The notes under the pieces were generated by a model. The model saw only the letters and a program-made list of their open reading frames with translations. It did not search any database and was not told the origin of the DNA. Of a stretch of 64,000 nt of DNA, positions 7,263-16,669 are shown in pieces. Position 1 is the first letter of the stretch, and every line of letters starts with the position of its first letter. The DNA comes from Candidatus Nomurabacteria bacterium (GTDB lineage: Bacteria > Patescibacteriota > Minisyncoccia > Phycocordibacterales > SBAW01): contig JADZGF010000003.1 of the NCBI GenBank assembly GCA_020854065.1, positions 96,913 to 160,912 of the forward strand, read 5' to 3'. Position numbers and translations under genes: made by a program.

Positions 7263-10061
7263 ATGGCTGAGCAGTATGACCACGAGTCGATAGAAAAGAA
7301 ATGGCAAGAGCGTTGGCGCGAATCTGCTGCTTTTAAAACTACTGAAGATCCGAAGAAACCAAAAACCTATGTGCTCGATATGTTTCCGTATCCTTCTGGT
7401 GAAGGGTTGCATGTCGGACATCCAAAAGGCTACATAGCGACTGATATTTACTCGCGCTATAAACGTGCGCAAGGACACAACGTGCTCCATCCTATGGGAT
7501 GGGATGCATTTGGGTTGCCGGCAGAAAACTTTGCAATCAAAAACAAAATACATCCACGCGCGGCAGTTGAGAAAAACATTGCAAACTTTAAATCGCAGCT
7601 TTCACATATTGGATTTGACTATGACTGGTCGCGAGAGATAAATACTACTGATCCGGAGTACTACAAATGGACGCAGTGGATTTTCCTGCAATTGTATAAA
7701 AAAGGTCTGGCATATCAGAGCAACGAGCCTATCAATTGGTGCCCGTCGTGCATGACGGGTCTTGCAAACGAAGATCTTGATGGAAACGTGTGTGAGCGTT
7801 GTGGCAGCGTGGTGGAAAAGCGCGCACTGCCGCAATGGGTACTGAAGATTACGGAGTATGCAGATCGCATGCTCAACGATCTCTCTTTGTTGCAGTGGCC
7901 TGAGCATATTAAAGAGGCGCAGCGTAACTGGATAGGTCGCTCAGAGGGCGCAGAGATTACGTTCACCCTCACCGATGGAGGATCGCTTACCGTCTTTACC
8001 ACACGCCCTGACACGCTCTTTGGTGCAACCTACATGGTTATCGCTCCTGAGCATGCGTTGGTAGAGAAATATGCTGATGCGGCAGTACGTACGTATGTCG
8101 AGAGTATAAAGAATAAGACTGAACTTGAGCGTACGGCTGAAGGGAAAGAAAAGACAGGTGTTCTATTGCCGGGTGTCAAAGCACTCAATCCTGCTACTAA
8201 ACAAGAAATACCGATCTATATAGCCGACTATGTACTCGGTAGTTATGGCACTGGTGCCATTATGGCTGTGCCGGCGCATGATGAGCGCGACTATGAGTTT
8301 GCTAAAACGTTCAATCTTCCAGTGGTACAAGTGGTTGTACCGTGCGCACCTGATGCTATTAATCCACCGAAAGAAGGATTGGAGGAAGTAAAACGAGACA
8401 CTGTTATTGTGCACCTACGAGATAAGTCGACGGGTAAGTATGCATTGCTCGATTGGCACGGATCGCTTGAAGGAATAACTACTGTGATTATGGGTGGTGT
8501 TGAGGAGGGGCAGACTCCGGAAGATGCTGCATTGGCAGAAATTAAAGAGGAGGCAGCACTAGACGCTTCGATTGTAAGTTCAGTGCGGTGGATTACCGCT
8601 GCGCGATATTGCGCTTCTCATAAAAATCAAAATCGTTGCGCCCATACGTGGGGTTTTCTTGCTGAGGTAGAAAGTATCGAAAAACAAGGTGCTATCTCTG
8701 AGAAAGAACAAGGTCTCCACACATTGGTATGGGTAGATGAAAAAGAAGTAGCGTCCCGCCTTACCCCTGCGCATCAAAAGCAGGTATGGTATTTGCTCCA
8801 CCACGATGAGGCTCTTAGTGGTCCCGGGTATCTGATTAACTCAGGCGAGTTTGATGGCTTAGACAGCGAAGAGGCAAAGAAAAAGATAACCGGGTCTGTA
8901 GGTGGCAAAGCCGTGGTGCAGTACAAACTGCGTGACTGGGTTTTTAGCCGCCAACGGTACTGGGGTGAGCCTATTCCGATCGTGCATTGTCCAAAAGATG
9001 GCGCGGTAGCGGTGCCTGAGGATCAGTTGCCAGTGCTGTTGCCTGAGGTAGAGAGCTATGAGCCGTCGGGTACCGGTGAGTCACCGCTCGCGAATATTGC
9101 TGAGTGGGTGAACACGACGTGCCCACAATGTGGCGGACCAGCAAAGCGGGAGACAAACACCATGCCGCAATGGGCAGGCAGCAGTTGGTATTACCTGCGG
9201 TTTATGGATCCGCACAATAACTCTGCACTCGTGGGTAAAGATAAAGAAAAATACTGGGCACCGGTTGATGTATATGTGGGAGGTGATCATGCGGTGCGCC
9301 ACCTTATCTACGCGCGCTTCTGGCATAAATTTTTGTATGACATTGGGGTCGTTACGACCGTTGAACCTTTTGCTCGACTTGAGTTTTTGGGCTTTATCCT
9401 GGCCGAGGATGGTCGCAAGATGAGCAAACGCTATGGCAATATCATCAACCCTGATGACGTGGTTGCGCAGTACGGCGCGGATGCATTCCGAGTCTATGAG
9501 ATGTTTATGGGTCCGTTTGAAAATACGGTCGCATGGAGCACTGCTTCTATCAAAGGTACCGAGCGTTTCATCGAGCGGTTGTGGCGGGCAAAAGAATTGG
9601 TGCAGGAAGATCCTGTTGAGGCGTTAGAAGTAGAGTTGCACCGCACTATTAAAAAAGTGGGAGAGGACATTGAGGCATTTAAGTTCAATACTGCCGTGTC
9701 GCAGATGATGGTGTTTCTTAATGCACTTGAGAGTGCAAAAGGTATTGGCAAAGAGCAGTGGCAAAACTACCTCACGGTGCTTGCACCATATGCGCCACAT
9801 ATTGCACACGAGTTGGCCGAGCATCACGGGTTAGATATTAGCCAGTGGCCAACCTATGACCCTTCAAAGCTCACTTCAGCGCTCGTTACCGTTGCGGTGC
9901 AGGTAAATGGGAAGTCACGTACCACCATTGAACTTGCGCCTGATGCACCCGAAGCCGAGGCAATAGCGCTGGCGAAGGTTGCGGCGGCTAAATGGATAGG
10001 GGAGGGTGAACCTAAAAAAATCATCTACGTTCAAGGGAGGGTCATAAACGTGGTCGTTTGA
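7263..10061 (+). CDS. leuS: leucine--tRNA ligase with Nudix-like insertion
   Basis: MFPYPSGEGLHVGH, GWDAFGLPAEN, VFTTRPDT, GTGAIMAVPAHDERD, SRQRYWG, KMSKR. Confidence 0.97.
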   Translation: MAEQYDHESIEKKWQERWRESAAFKTTEDPKKPKTYVLDMFPYPSGEGLHVGHPKGYIATDIYSRYKRAQGHNVLHPMGWDAFGLPAENFAIKNKIHPRAAVEKNIANFKSQLSHIGFDYDWSREINTTDPEYYKWTQWIFLQLYKKGLAYQSNEPINWCPSCMTGLANEDLDGNVCERCGSVVEKRALPQWVLKITEYADRMLNDLSLLQWPEHIKEAQRNWIGRSEGAEITFTLTDGGSLTVFTTRPDTLFGATYMVIAPEHALVEKYADAAVRTYVESIKNKTELERTAEGKEKTGVLLPGVKALNPATKQEIPIYIADYVLGSYGTGAIMAVPAHDERDYEFAKTFNLPVVQVVVPCAPDAINPPKEGLEEVKRDTVIVHLRDKSTGKYALLDWHGSLEGITTVIMGGVEEGQTPEDAALAEIKEEAALDASIVSSVRWITAARYCASHKNQNRCAHTWGFLAEVESIEKQGAISEKEQGLHTLVWVDEKEVASRLTPAHQKQVWYLLHHDEALSGPGYLINSGEFDGLDSEEAKKKITGSVGGKAVVQYKLRDWVFSRQRYWGEPIPIVHCPKDGAVAVPEDQLPVLLPEVESYEPSGTGESPLANIAEWVNTTCPQCGGPAKRETNTMPQWAGSSWYYLRFMDPHNNSALVGKDKEKYWAPVDVYVGGDHAVRHLIYARFWHKFLYDIGVVTTVEPFARLEFLGFILAEDGRKMSKRYGNIINPDDVVAQYGADAFRVYEMFMGPFENTVAWSTASIKGTERFIERLWRAKELVQEDPVEALEVELHRTIKKVGEDIEAFKFNTAVSQMMVFLNALESAKGIGKEQWQNYLTVLAPYAPHIAHELAEHHGLDISQWPTYDPSKLTSALVTVAVQVNGKSRTTIELAPDAPEAEAIALAKVAAAKWIGEGEPKKIIYVQGRVINVVV

Positions 10062-10098
10062 CAGTGTGATTTAGCGTGATATATTAGACCACACCAAT

Positions 10099-11145
10099 AT
10101 GGCAACCGCGACCGGAGAGAAAACCGACTTCAAACCGAAAGCTATCGTCAAAAAACTCCTTATGGCGCTCCCTGAGCGCTCTCGTACTGTTCTTGAGGCC
10201 CGTTTCGGGCTAGGTGCTTCCCCAGAGCGCGTAACGCTTGAAGCGATCGGCAAACGCTATGGCATTACCCGTGAGCGTGTTCGCCAGATCGAGAACCACG
10301 CCCTTGCATCGCTTAAGAAATCACCTGCATTCAACGCAGCAGAAGGCGCCTTCCAGGAATTGGAGCGCATTATCGACGGACTTGGCGGCATCGTCTGCGA
10401 AGATGATCTCTTGGACTACATGACCAAGGATCAGTCGATGCAAAACCATATCTACTTCCTTTTGGTGCTCGGCGATCCATTTAAATACCGCAAAGAGGAT
10501 GAGGAGGTTAACCGCTGCTGGTATGTCGACAAAGACCTTGCAGAGAAGGTTGAGAATGCACTTAAAAACCTCTACGCAGGACTCTCTGACGAGGATCTCA
10601 TCCCTGAAGGTGAGATGGTAGATCGTTTCCTTAAAGAGCTTCAGACTATCAACGACAAGCATCGCAATGATGAGGTCTTGCGCCGTTGGTTGCGTATCTC
10701 AAAAGGTTTGGGCAAGAACCCGTTGGGTGAGTGGGGTCCTGCGAAGTCGCCTAACGTAAAGACGAAGGGTGTTCGCGACTTTGCCTATTTGGCCGTTAAG
10801 AAGCATGGTTCTCCATTGCACTTCCGCGAGGTAGCAAAACTCATCGAAAAGATGTTTGATCGCACGGCACATGTTGCCACGACGCATAACGAGCTCATCA
10901 AAGACAACCGCTTTGTACTTGTTGGTCGCGGTATGTACGCGCTTAAAGAGTGGGGCTATACCCAAGGCGTAGTCCGCGATGTTATCCGCGAGGTATTGCG
11001 CAGTGGTGGTCCTATGACCAAAGAGGCAATCATCGAGAAGGTGCTTAAAGAGCGCCACGTAAAACCAGGCACGATTGTAGTGAACCTGCAGAACCAGAAA
11101 TATTTCAAACGAGGGAAGGACGGAAAATTCTCACTCGTTAAGTAA
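10099..11145 (+). CDS. sigma-70 region-4 domain plus winged-HTH (HARE-HTH-like) protein
   Basis: RFGL...TLEAIGKRYGITRERVRQIE; PLHFREVA...TTHNELI.D.RFVLVGRGMYAL.EWG; no sigma region 2. Confidence 0.8.
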   Translation: MATATGEKTDFKPKAIVKKLLMALPERSRTVLEARFGLGASPERVTLEAIGKRYGITRERVRQIENHALASLKKSPAFNAAEGAFQELERIIDGLGGIVCEDDLLDYMTKDQSMQNHIYFLLVLGDPFKYRKEDEEVNRCWYVDKDLAEKVENALKNLYAGLSDEDLIPEGEMVDRFLKELQTINDKHRNDEVLRRWLRISKGLGKNPLGEWGPAKSPNVKTKGVRDFAYLAVKKHGSPLHFREVAKLIEKMFDRTAHVATTHNELIKDNRFVLVGRGMYALKEWGYTQGVVRDVIREVLRSGGPMTKEAIIEKVLKERHVKPGTIVVNLQNQKYFKRGKDGKFSLVK

Positions 11146-11169
11146 AAATCCCCATAGTGAGGATTTTTT
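11144..11169. terminator. bidirectional terminator
   Basis: AAAAATCC-N9-GGATTTTT between convergent genes. Confidence 0.65.
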
Positions 11170-11425
11170 ATATCGTAAACAAGTTACCAATAGCTCTGAG
11201 TATTTGCCAGAGAGTAAAGAGGAATACCATTGCCCAAAAGCCCCAGGTGATATGGACGCGATTATGTTCGATATGCTCCTCGTGACTGGAGAGGGTAAAA
11301 AAGTGGGGCACACCTGCAAGTAATCCGCGCAAAAAGGTTAAAAAGGCGAGCGCTCCCAAGAAGGAGAACATGAGGCCTAGATACCACACAGGATCAGATA
11401 CGATACTCACGGCGAGTGCATCCAT
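11168..11425 (-). CDS. small two-TM protein, TrbC/VirB2-pilin-like
   Basis: 85 aa from ATG 11425; two hydrophobic helices separated by SHEEHIEHNRVHITWG. Confidence 0.55.
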   Translation of the reverse strand: MDALAVSIVSDPVWYLGLMFSFLGALAFLTFLRGLLAGVPHFFTLSSHEEHIEHNRVHITWGFWAMVFLFTLWQILRAIGNLFTI

Positions 11426-11453
11426 ACTCAAGGTATACTGTAGCATATAGACT

Positions 11454-12902
11454 ATGGCATCTCCCGGTGGTGGGTACAGTAAATTTCCGTGGTGGAAGAA
11501 AGTCCTCTTTGTGTGGACGCACGATGGTTCTGCGGCGTTTGCAAAATATATAAATGATTGGGCCTTTGATCCGCTTGCCGTTATCCCGGTAGCGTTTCTC
11601 TTTTTTATAAGCATTGCGGTTGCGGTCGATCCTCAAGCGGTAGAGGCGACATTGGCGATGGTGATATTCCTCTCACCAATATGGCTTCCACTGTTTCTCT
11701 TTGTGTTCTTCTGGGTGACGTGGATGCACTACATTCGCTTTTTGTTTTGGTTTAAAGCCGAAATGTGTCTCCTTGAGATTCAGTTGCCACCAGAGGTCAC
11801 CAAATCGCCGTTGGCCATGGAGCTCTTCTTGACCTCGCTTCATAACGCAGGAGGTGAAGCAACCTTTATCGCCCGTATTTGGAAAGGGAGCTTCCGTCCC
11901 ATTTGGTCGCTTGAGATAGCGAGCAATGAAGGACGAATCGGCTTTTATATCCATCTGCGACGCAATTGGCGCAGCATTATCGAAGCGCGTCTTTATGGTC
12001 AGTTTCCTGAGGCAAAAATCACTGAAGTTGAAGATTATGTACACAAAGTACCCTTTAATCTCGAGGAGTACGATATTTTTGGTGCCGAGTATAGCAAAGG
12101 AGAACCTCAGGCGCTGCCTATTAAAAGCTATATAGACTATGGGCTCGATAAAAACACAGACACGCCGGAGATACAGATCGACCCGATTACGAACTTGGTC
12201 GAGCTTTTGGGCAATATAGGCAAAGACCAATATTTCTGGATGCAGATTATTGTAAAACCGTTTAAGAAAGAGGAGTGGTACGGTTTTTATCGCTCCCACG
12301 ATCCATTTAAAGAGGGTGCAAAGAAAGGTATCGCTGATATCACTAATAAGGCAATTGCGCGTGCACAAGAGCTAACAGGGGATGAGGCCGAAAAGAAAAA
12401 AGTCGGTACCCGTGGCGCCATGCTTCTCTCTCCAGGAGAGAAAAACCAAGTTGAAGCAATTGAACGCTCCCTTACCAAACTGTTGTTTGAGTGTGGTGTC
12501 CGCGTACTCTATATCTCAAAAAATACAGTGAGTTCCCGTGATCCGTATCATGGCACTAACAACGGCGCGTTAATTCGCTTTTTTGATGCGTATAAGCAAC
12601 CAGGGTACAATGGCCTAGGTGTAACCAGCCGGCTGAGTACGTATTTTGATTATCCGTGGCAAGACTGGATGGATATCCGTCAAAATATCGAGAAGAGAAA
12701 TGCCTGGTTCCGGTACAAACATCGCGCATATTTTTATGTCCCGTATGATCAGGTGCCGGTCTATATGACCACTGAAGAATTGGCAACAATCTGGCACTTC
12801 CCAAGTTCTGTCGTCAAAACCCCTGCACTGGATCGTGTTCCTTCTCGTCGTTCCGAAGCGCCCATCAATTTACCGACCGGGCCATCAAATTTACCTGTAT
12901 AG
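11454..12902 (+). CDS. conserved CPR membrane-anchored hypothetical protein
   Basis: N-terminal TMs; LLEIQLP..V.KSP.AME, WSLEIAS, YGQFPEA.I.EVEDY, EELATIWHFP, EAPINLP. Confidence 0.75.
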   Translation: MASPGGGYSKFPWWKKVLFVWTHDGSAAFAKYINDWAFDPLAVIPVAFLFFISIAVAVDPQAVEATLAMVIFLSPIWLPLFLFVFFWVTWMHYIRFLFWFKAEMCLLEIQLPPEVTKSPLAMELFLTSLHNAGGEATFIARIWKGSFRPIWSLEIASNEGRIGFYIHLRRNWRSIIEARLYGQFPEAKITEVEDYVHKVPFNLEEYDIFGAEYSKGEPQALPIKSYIDYGLDKNTDTPEIQIDPITNLVELLGNIGKDQYFWMQIIVKPFKKEEWYGFYRSHDPFKEGAKKGIADITNKAIARAQELTGDEAEKKKVGTRGAMLLSPGEKNQVEAIERSLTKLLFECGVRVLYISKNTVSSRDPYHGTNNGALIRFFDAYKQPGYNGLGVTSRLSTYFDYPWQDWMDIRQNIEKRNAWFRYKHRAYFYVPYDQVPVYMTTEELATIWHFPSSVVKTPALDRVPSRRSEAPINLPTGPSNLPV

Positions 12903-12914
12903 TGTTACGATCGG

Positions 12915-13937
12915 ATGCCATTTCATCACACGCATTTCCCAACTTTTACCTCGTTCTACCACTCTTTCCGTGAGTGGTATGGTTCTCTGCGCTTTGTTGG
13001 AAAGTTCGCCGTTAATTTTGTTGTAACGGGTGCGATAGTGCTTCTTCTGTATTGGATATTTTTAAGTGCCCCACCAGATTTTCCAAGAGGGGCATATGTG
13101 CGTGTGCCACAAGGTGCAAGTCTGCAGTATATGGCCGAGACGTTTGAGGATCGGGCTGTAGTGCGCAATGGATTCTTATTCAAATTGGCCGTACGTGCGT
13201 TAGGGGATCACCGGAAGATTCCTGCAGGAGAATATTACTTCCCTCAGGGAGAAGGATTGGTACAAGTCGCTATCCGGTTAGTGTCCGGAGACTTTAATAC
13301 GACACCGGTGCGTATCACGGTGCCTGAAGGTGCTACGAACCGTGAGATAACGGCGCTCTTGGCGGAGCAATTACCTGAGTTTGATATTAGAGAGTTTATT
13401 GCGGCAACCAAAGATAAAGAAGGGTACCTCTTCCCAGACACCTACTTCTTTATGCCAGGGGAGTCGACTGAGGGAATACTTTCGGTGTTTAATAACGGAC
13501 TTCAGACACATCTCCAAAAAATTGAATCGAAAATTGAAGCGTCAGGGAAAACACTCCACGAAGTACTCACCATGGCTTCGATTTTAGAGAAGGAAGCTGC
13601 GAAGCTTGAAGATCGAAAACTTATCTCAGGGGTACTGTGGCATCGCATCGATATTGGTATGCTGCTTCAGGTTGATGCGGTCTTTCCATACTATTTAGGA
13701 CGCAACACGTTTGAAGTAACCATTGATGATCTTAAAGAAGATCATCCGTATAACACGTATGTAAATAAAGGCCTGCCTCCTGGCCCTATCGGCAACCCAT
13801 CGCTTGATGCCATCCTTGCGGCAGTAGAACCCACACCAAACAACTATGTGTACTTCCTCTCTGACCTCGACGGCAACTTCCACTTTGCCAACACCTATGA
13901 GCAGCATTTGGCCAACAAGGCTCGCTACTTAGATTAA
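12915..13937 (+). CDS. mltG: endolytic transglycosylase MltG
   Basis: TM anchor, TVPEG, EGYLFPDTY, MASILEKEA, LQVD, PYNTY..KGLPPGPIGNP. Confidence 0.93.
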   Translation: MPFHHTHFPTFTSFYHSFREWYGSLRFVGKFAVNFVVTGAIVLLLYWIFLSAPPDFPRGAYVRVPQGASLQYMAETFEDRAVVRNGFLFKLAVRALGDHRKIPAGEYYFPQGEGLVQVAIRLVSGDFNTTPVRITVPEGATNREITALLAEQLPEFDIREFIAATKDKEGYLFPDTYFFMPGESTEGILSVFNNGLQTHLQKIESKIEASGKTLHEVLTMASILEKEAAKLEDRKLISGVLWHRIDIGMLLQVDAVFPYYLGRNTFEVTIDDLKEDHPYNTYVNKGLPPGPIGNPSLDAILAAVEPTPNNYVYFLSDLDGNFHFANTYEQHLANKARYLD

Positions 13938-14036
13938 GGCTACATATTGTCTTTTTGTTAAAAATGTGCTATTTTGTCGCGTGGAAGCAAGCTACCTCAT
14001 GGTGAGGGAGCGTCCATACAACTAGAGAGAGTGCGC

Positions 14037-15563
14037 ATGACCTTTTACGGATACGGGTGGGGCCATCAGCCCTTTTGGTTTGGACATTTCCATCCCAAGC
14101 CCCACTTTGCTCTGAAGGAAAGTGTGTTCAAGTCCTCTCCATTCCGAAAGGATTGGATCCCGAACACAGAACTCGACGCAGTGCTCGATCCGACGGCTCA
14201 GGACGGCGGCTTCATGTTTGTCGGCAGCGGAAATTCCGTTGACGACTTCTTGATCCAAAGAAACCTCAGCCTCGACGTCGAGGGTGCGATCAAGGTCAAA
14301 TACAGACAAGGGCAGGACTTCGATCCTGAATCAGTTGGGCCTGGCGGTGTTCCGCACTACAGCGTTCCATCTGGTCCGCAGGTCGTCGATCCTGTGCACG
14401 GTGTCCCGGCGGCAAACGCCAACAGGGCAGCGTGGAGCTTCGATTTCTCGGTCAATTCCGGGATCGATGGGTCGAGCACGACACTTGCGCAGCTGCTGGT
14501 CAAATATACAGCAACACTCAAGTTCGATATCGACCCGAGCGACAAGGTCAACTACTACGAACTGACCTTGAAGAAAGCTCCGGTCGGGTATACGGCATCT
14601 GAATCTGGATACGTATGGACCGACAAGTTCGGAAACATCATCATCGGCGACGATGGCGGCAATGCGCAGGTGACGCAGAACAGCTTCAACTACGCGTTTA
14701 TCGCTAACAAGATCGATACGTCGTGGGCTCCGGGTATCCAACCCTACACCTTCGGCGCTGGCCAGTTCGATATCGAGCTCGAAGTCAAATCAAAATTTGG
14801 CTTCAACAAGTTACTCGACCTGCATACGATCGTGGATGTCGGCCAGGATGCCTCTCCGTGGGATGGTCCGCTCGTCTTCCTGAATGCGGATCTCGCCTCG
14901 ACGGCGCAGGAAACCCCAGGAAACATTTTCCAGGGCTCCGGCAACAACGAGGAGGACTTCCAGATCTCGCGCAACTCTGTGCATGACCTGGAAGCCGGTA
15001 TTAGGTTGCACTATCGCCAAGGTGAAAATATCGAGGCGTCATACCTCGACGACGATACGTTCCACTTCATTGTGCCGGATGGGCCCCAGGTGGTTGATCC
15101 TGCACATGGTGTCCCGGTGGCGAATGCCAATCGGGCGGCGTGGAGCTTCACCTTGTCGGTCGATTCGGGAATCGAGGGCAGTACGAAGACTATCGCAGAC
15201 CATCTGGACAGCGGCGCCGATATCTTCCTGCGGATCGACATGGATCCTCGGGTCGACCAGATCAAGTTCCTCAATATGGAGCTTGTCGAAGGTGGTGCTT
15301 CGCAGTCCGGGTATCAGTGGATCGCGGCGGACAACTTGTTCGTCCCGAAGGGAACGGTTCTCATTCCCGACGATGAAGGAAATGCACAGGTCACCCAAAA
15401 TGACCGAAACATTTCTTTCTACACTTCGTTCATCGATGCCAATCCGAATGTGCCCGGCCAACAAGCCTACACGTTCGGCCCCGGCGAGTTCGATATCGAG
15501 CTGGTTGGGTACAAGGGCTTCTCGACTCTCTTCGACGTCGACGCGGTCGTCCACGTTATCTAG
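14037..15563 (+). CDS. hypothetical protein made of two homologous ~220-aa domains
   Basis: internal duplication (GPQVVDP.HGVP.ANANRAAWSF twice; YTFG.G.FDIEL twice); C/G-rich third positions. Confidence 0.8.
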   Translation: MTFYGYGWGHQPFWFGHFHPKPHFALKESVFKSSPFRKDWIPNTELDAVLDPTAQDGGFMFVGSGNSVDDFLIQRNLSLDVEGAIKVKYRQGQDFDPESVGPGGVPHYSVPSGPQVVDPVHGVPAANANRAAWSFDFSVNSGIDGSSTTLAQLLVKYTATLKFDIDPSDKVNYYELTLKKAPVGYTASESGYVWTDKFGNIIIGDDGGNAQVTQNSFNYAFIANKIDTSWAPGIQPYTFGAGQFDIELEVKSKFGFNKLLDLHTIVDVGQDASPWDGPLVFLNADLASTAQETPGNIFQGSGNNEEDFQISRNSVHDLEAGIRLHYRQGENIEASYLDDDTFHFIVPDGPQVVDPAHGVPVANANRAAWSFTLSVDSGIEGSTKTIADHLDSGADIFLRIDMDPRVDQIKFLNMELVEGGASQSGYQWIAADNLFVPKGTVLIPDDEGNAQVTQNDRNISFYTSFIDANPNVPGQQAYTFGPGEFDIELVGYKGFSTLFDVDAVVHVI

Positions 15564-15585
15564 GACGACATCGTCACAAATGGTG

Positions 15586-15617
15586 CCCCGGGGTTATTCC
15601 CCGGGGTTTCTTTTTTA
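15586..15617 (+). terminator. intrinsic terminator
   Basis: CCCCGGGG-TTATT-CCCCGGGG followed by TTTCTTTTTT. Confidence 0.7.
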
Positions 15618-15642
15618 TGTATTGCAACGTATAACAGACCAT

Positions 15643-16665
15643 ATGAACGTGTTTGTAGGACTCAGTGGCGGTGTCGACTCCGCAGTATCTGCCGCCTTGC
15701 TTAAAGAGCAGGGGCACGATGTTGTGGGTGTGTTTATTCGCATCTCGCTCCCTGGTTATCCGTGCACCGCAGGTGTCGACAAAGTGGATGCTATGCGAGT
15801 GGCAGCGCATCTAAAAATACCGTTTCAAGAAATTGATCTCTCAGAGGAATATGAGCAGCGTGTATTTAGAGCATCGGTTAAAGAGTTTGAGCAGGGGAGA
15901 ACTCCCAATCCTGATGTGCTGTGTAATCGGGAGATAAAGTTTGGCCTTTTCTATGACTGGGCGCGCGCACAGGGAGCTGAGATGGTTGCCACGGGCCACT
16001 ATGCGCAGGTAAAAAACAACTCGTTGTATGCCGGAGTGGATACGGAGAAGGATCAATCGTATTTCCTTTCTTTGGTACCGAAAGAAATATTTGCACACGT
16101 TTTGTTTCCTATCGGGCATCTTCAAAAGAGCGAAGTGCGCCGTCTGGCAAAGAAGTTCAAACTTCCGAATGCTGAGCGGCCCGACAGCCAAGGCTTATGT
16201 TTTCTTGGCCCCATCTCTATCACCGATATGCTCAAACACGAGACGAGTCCTCTTCCGGGAGAAGTCCTCGATGAAGAGGGAAATGTGGTGGGGACTCATG
16301 AAGGGGTTCAGCTTTACACACTCGGGCAGCGACATGGTTTTACCCTCACTGCGCACACGCCTGATACCAAGCCACACTATGTGATTGCGAAAGATCCGGA
16401 GTTCAACACGATTACCGTATCTGCGAACAAATTTCCGCAAGGGGCACAGAAAACAGAGATTGAACTTACTGAAAAAAATTGGTTTAGCGAAAATCCTACC
16501 GTTGCACGGTATCGATATCGACAGACGCTTATACCCGCCCACGTTGAAGGTGAGATCGTGGTGCTTGAGGAACCACATTATGCTCCCGAAGGGCAAATAC
16601 TTGCGCTGTATAACAAGGATGAGTGTATAGGTGCGGGGGTTATACAAAAAAGCCGCGTATACTAA
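15643..16665 (+). CDS. mnmA: tRNA 2-thiouridylase MnmA
   Basis: SGGVDS, GRTPNPDVLCNREIKF, ATGHY, KDQSYFL, DSQGLCF, YTLGQRHG; true start ATG 15643. Confidence 0.95.
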   Translation: MNVFVGLSGGVDSAVSAALLKEQGHDVVGVFIRISLPGYPCTAGVDKVDAMRVAAHLKIPFQEIDLSEEYEQRVFRASVKEFEQGRTPNPDVLCNREIKFGLFYDWARAQGAEMVATGHYAQVKNNSLYAGVDTEKDQSYFLSLVPKEIFAHVLFPIGHLQKSEVRRLAKKFKLPNAERPDSQGLCFLGPISITDMLKHETSPLPGEVLDEEGNVVGTHEGVQLYTLGQRHGFTLTAHTPDTKPHYVIAKDPEFNTITVSANKFPQGAQKTEIELTEKNWFSENPTVARYRYRQTLIPAHVEGEIVVLEEPHYAPEGQILALYNKDECIGAGVIQKSRVY

Positions 16666-16669
16666 ACGC

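Noticed and set aside
14884-15642. Apparent 253-aa N-terminal extension of MnmA (593-aa ORF)
   Set aside because: It is an alternate frame of the upstream GC-rich gene and crosses a terminator; MnmA homology begins at ATG 15643
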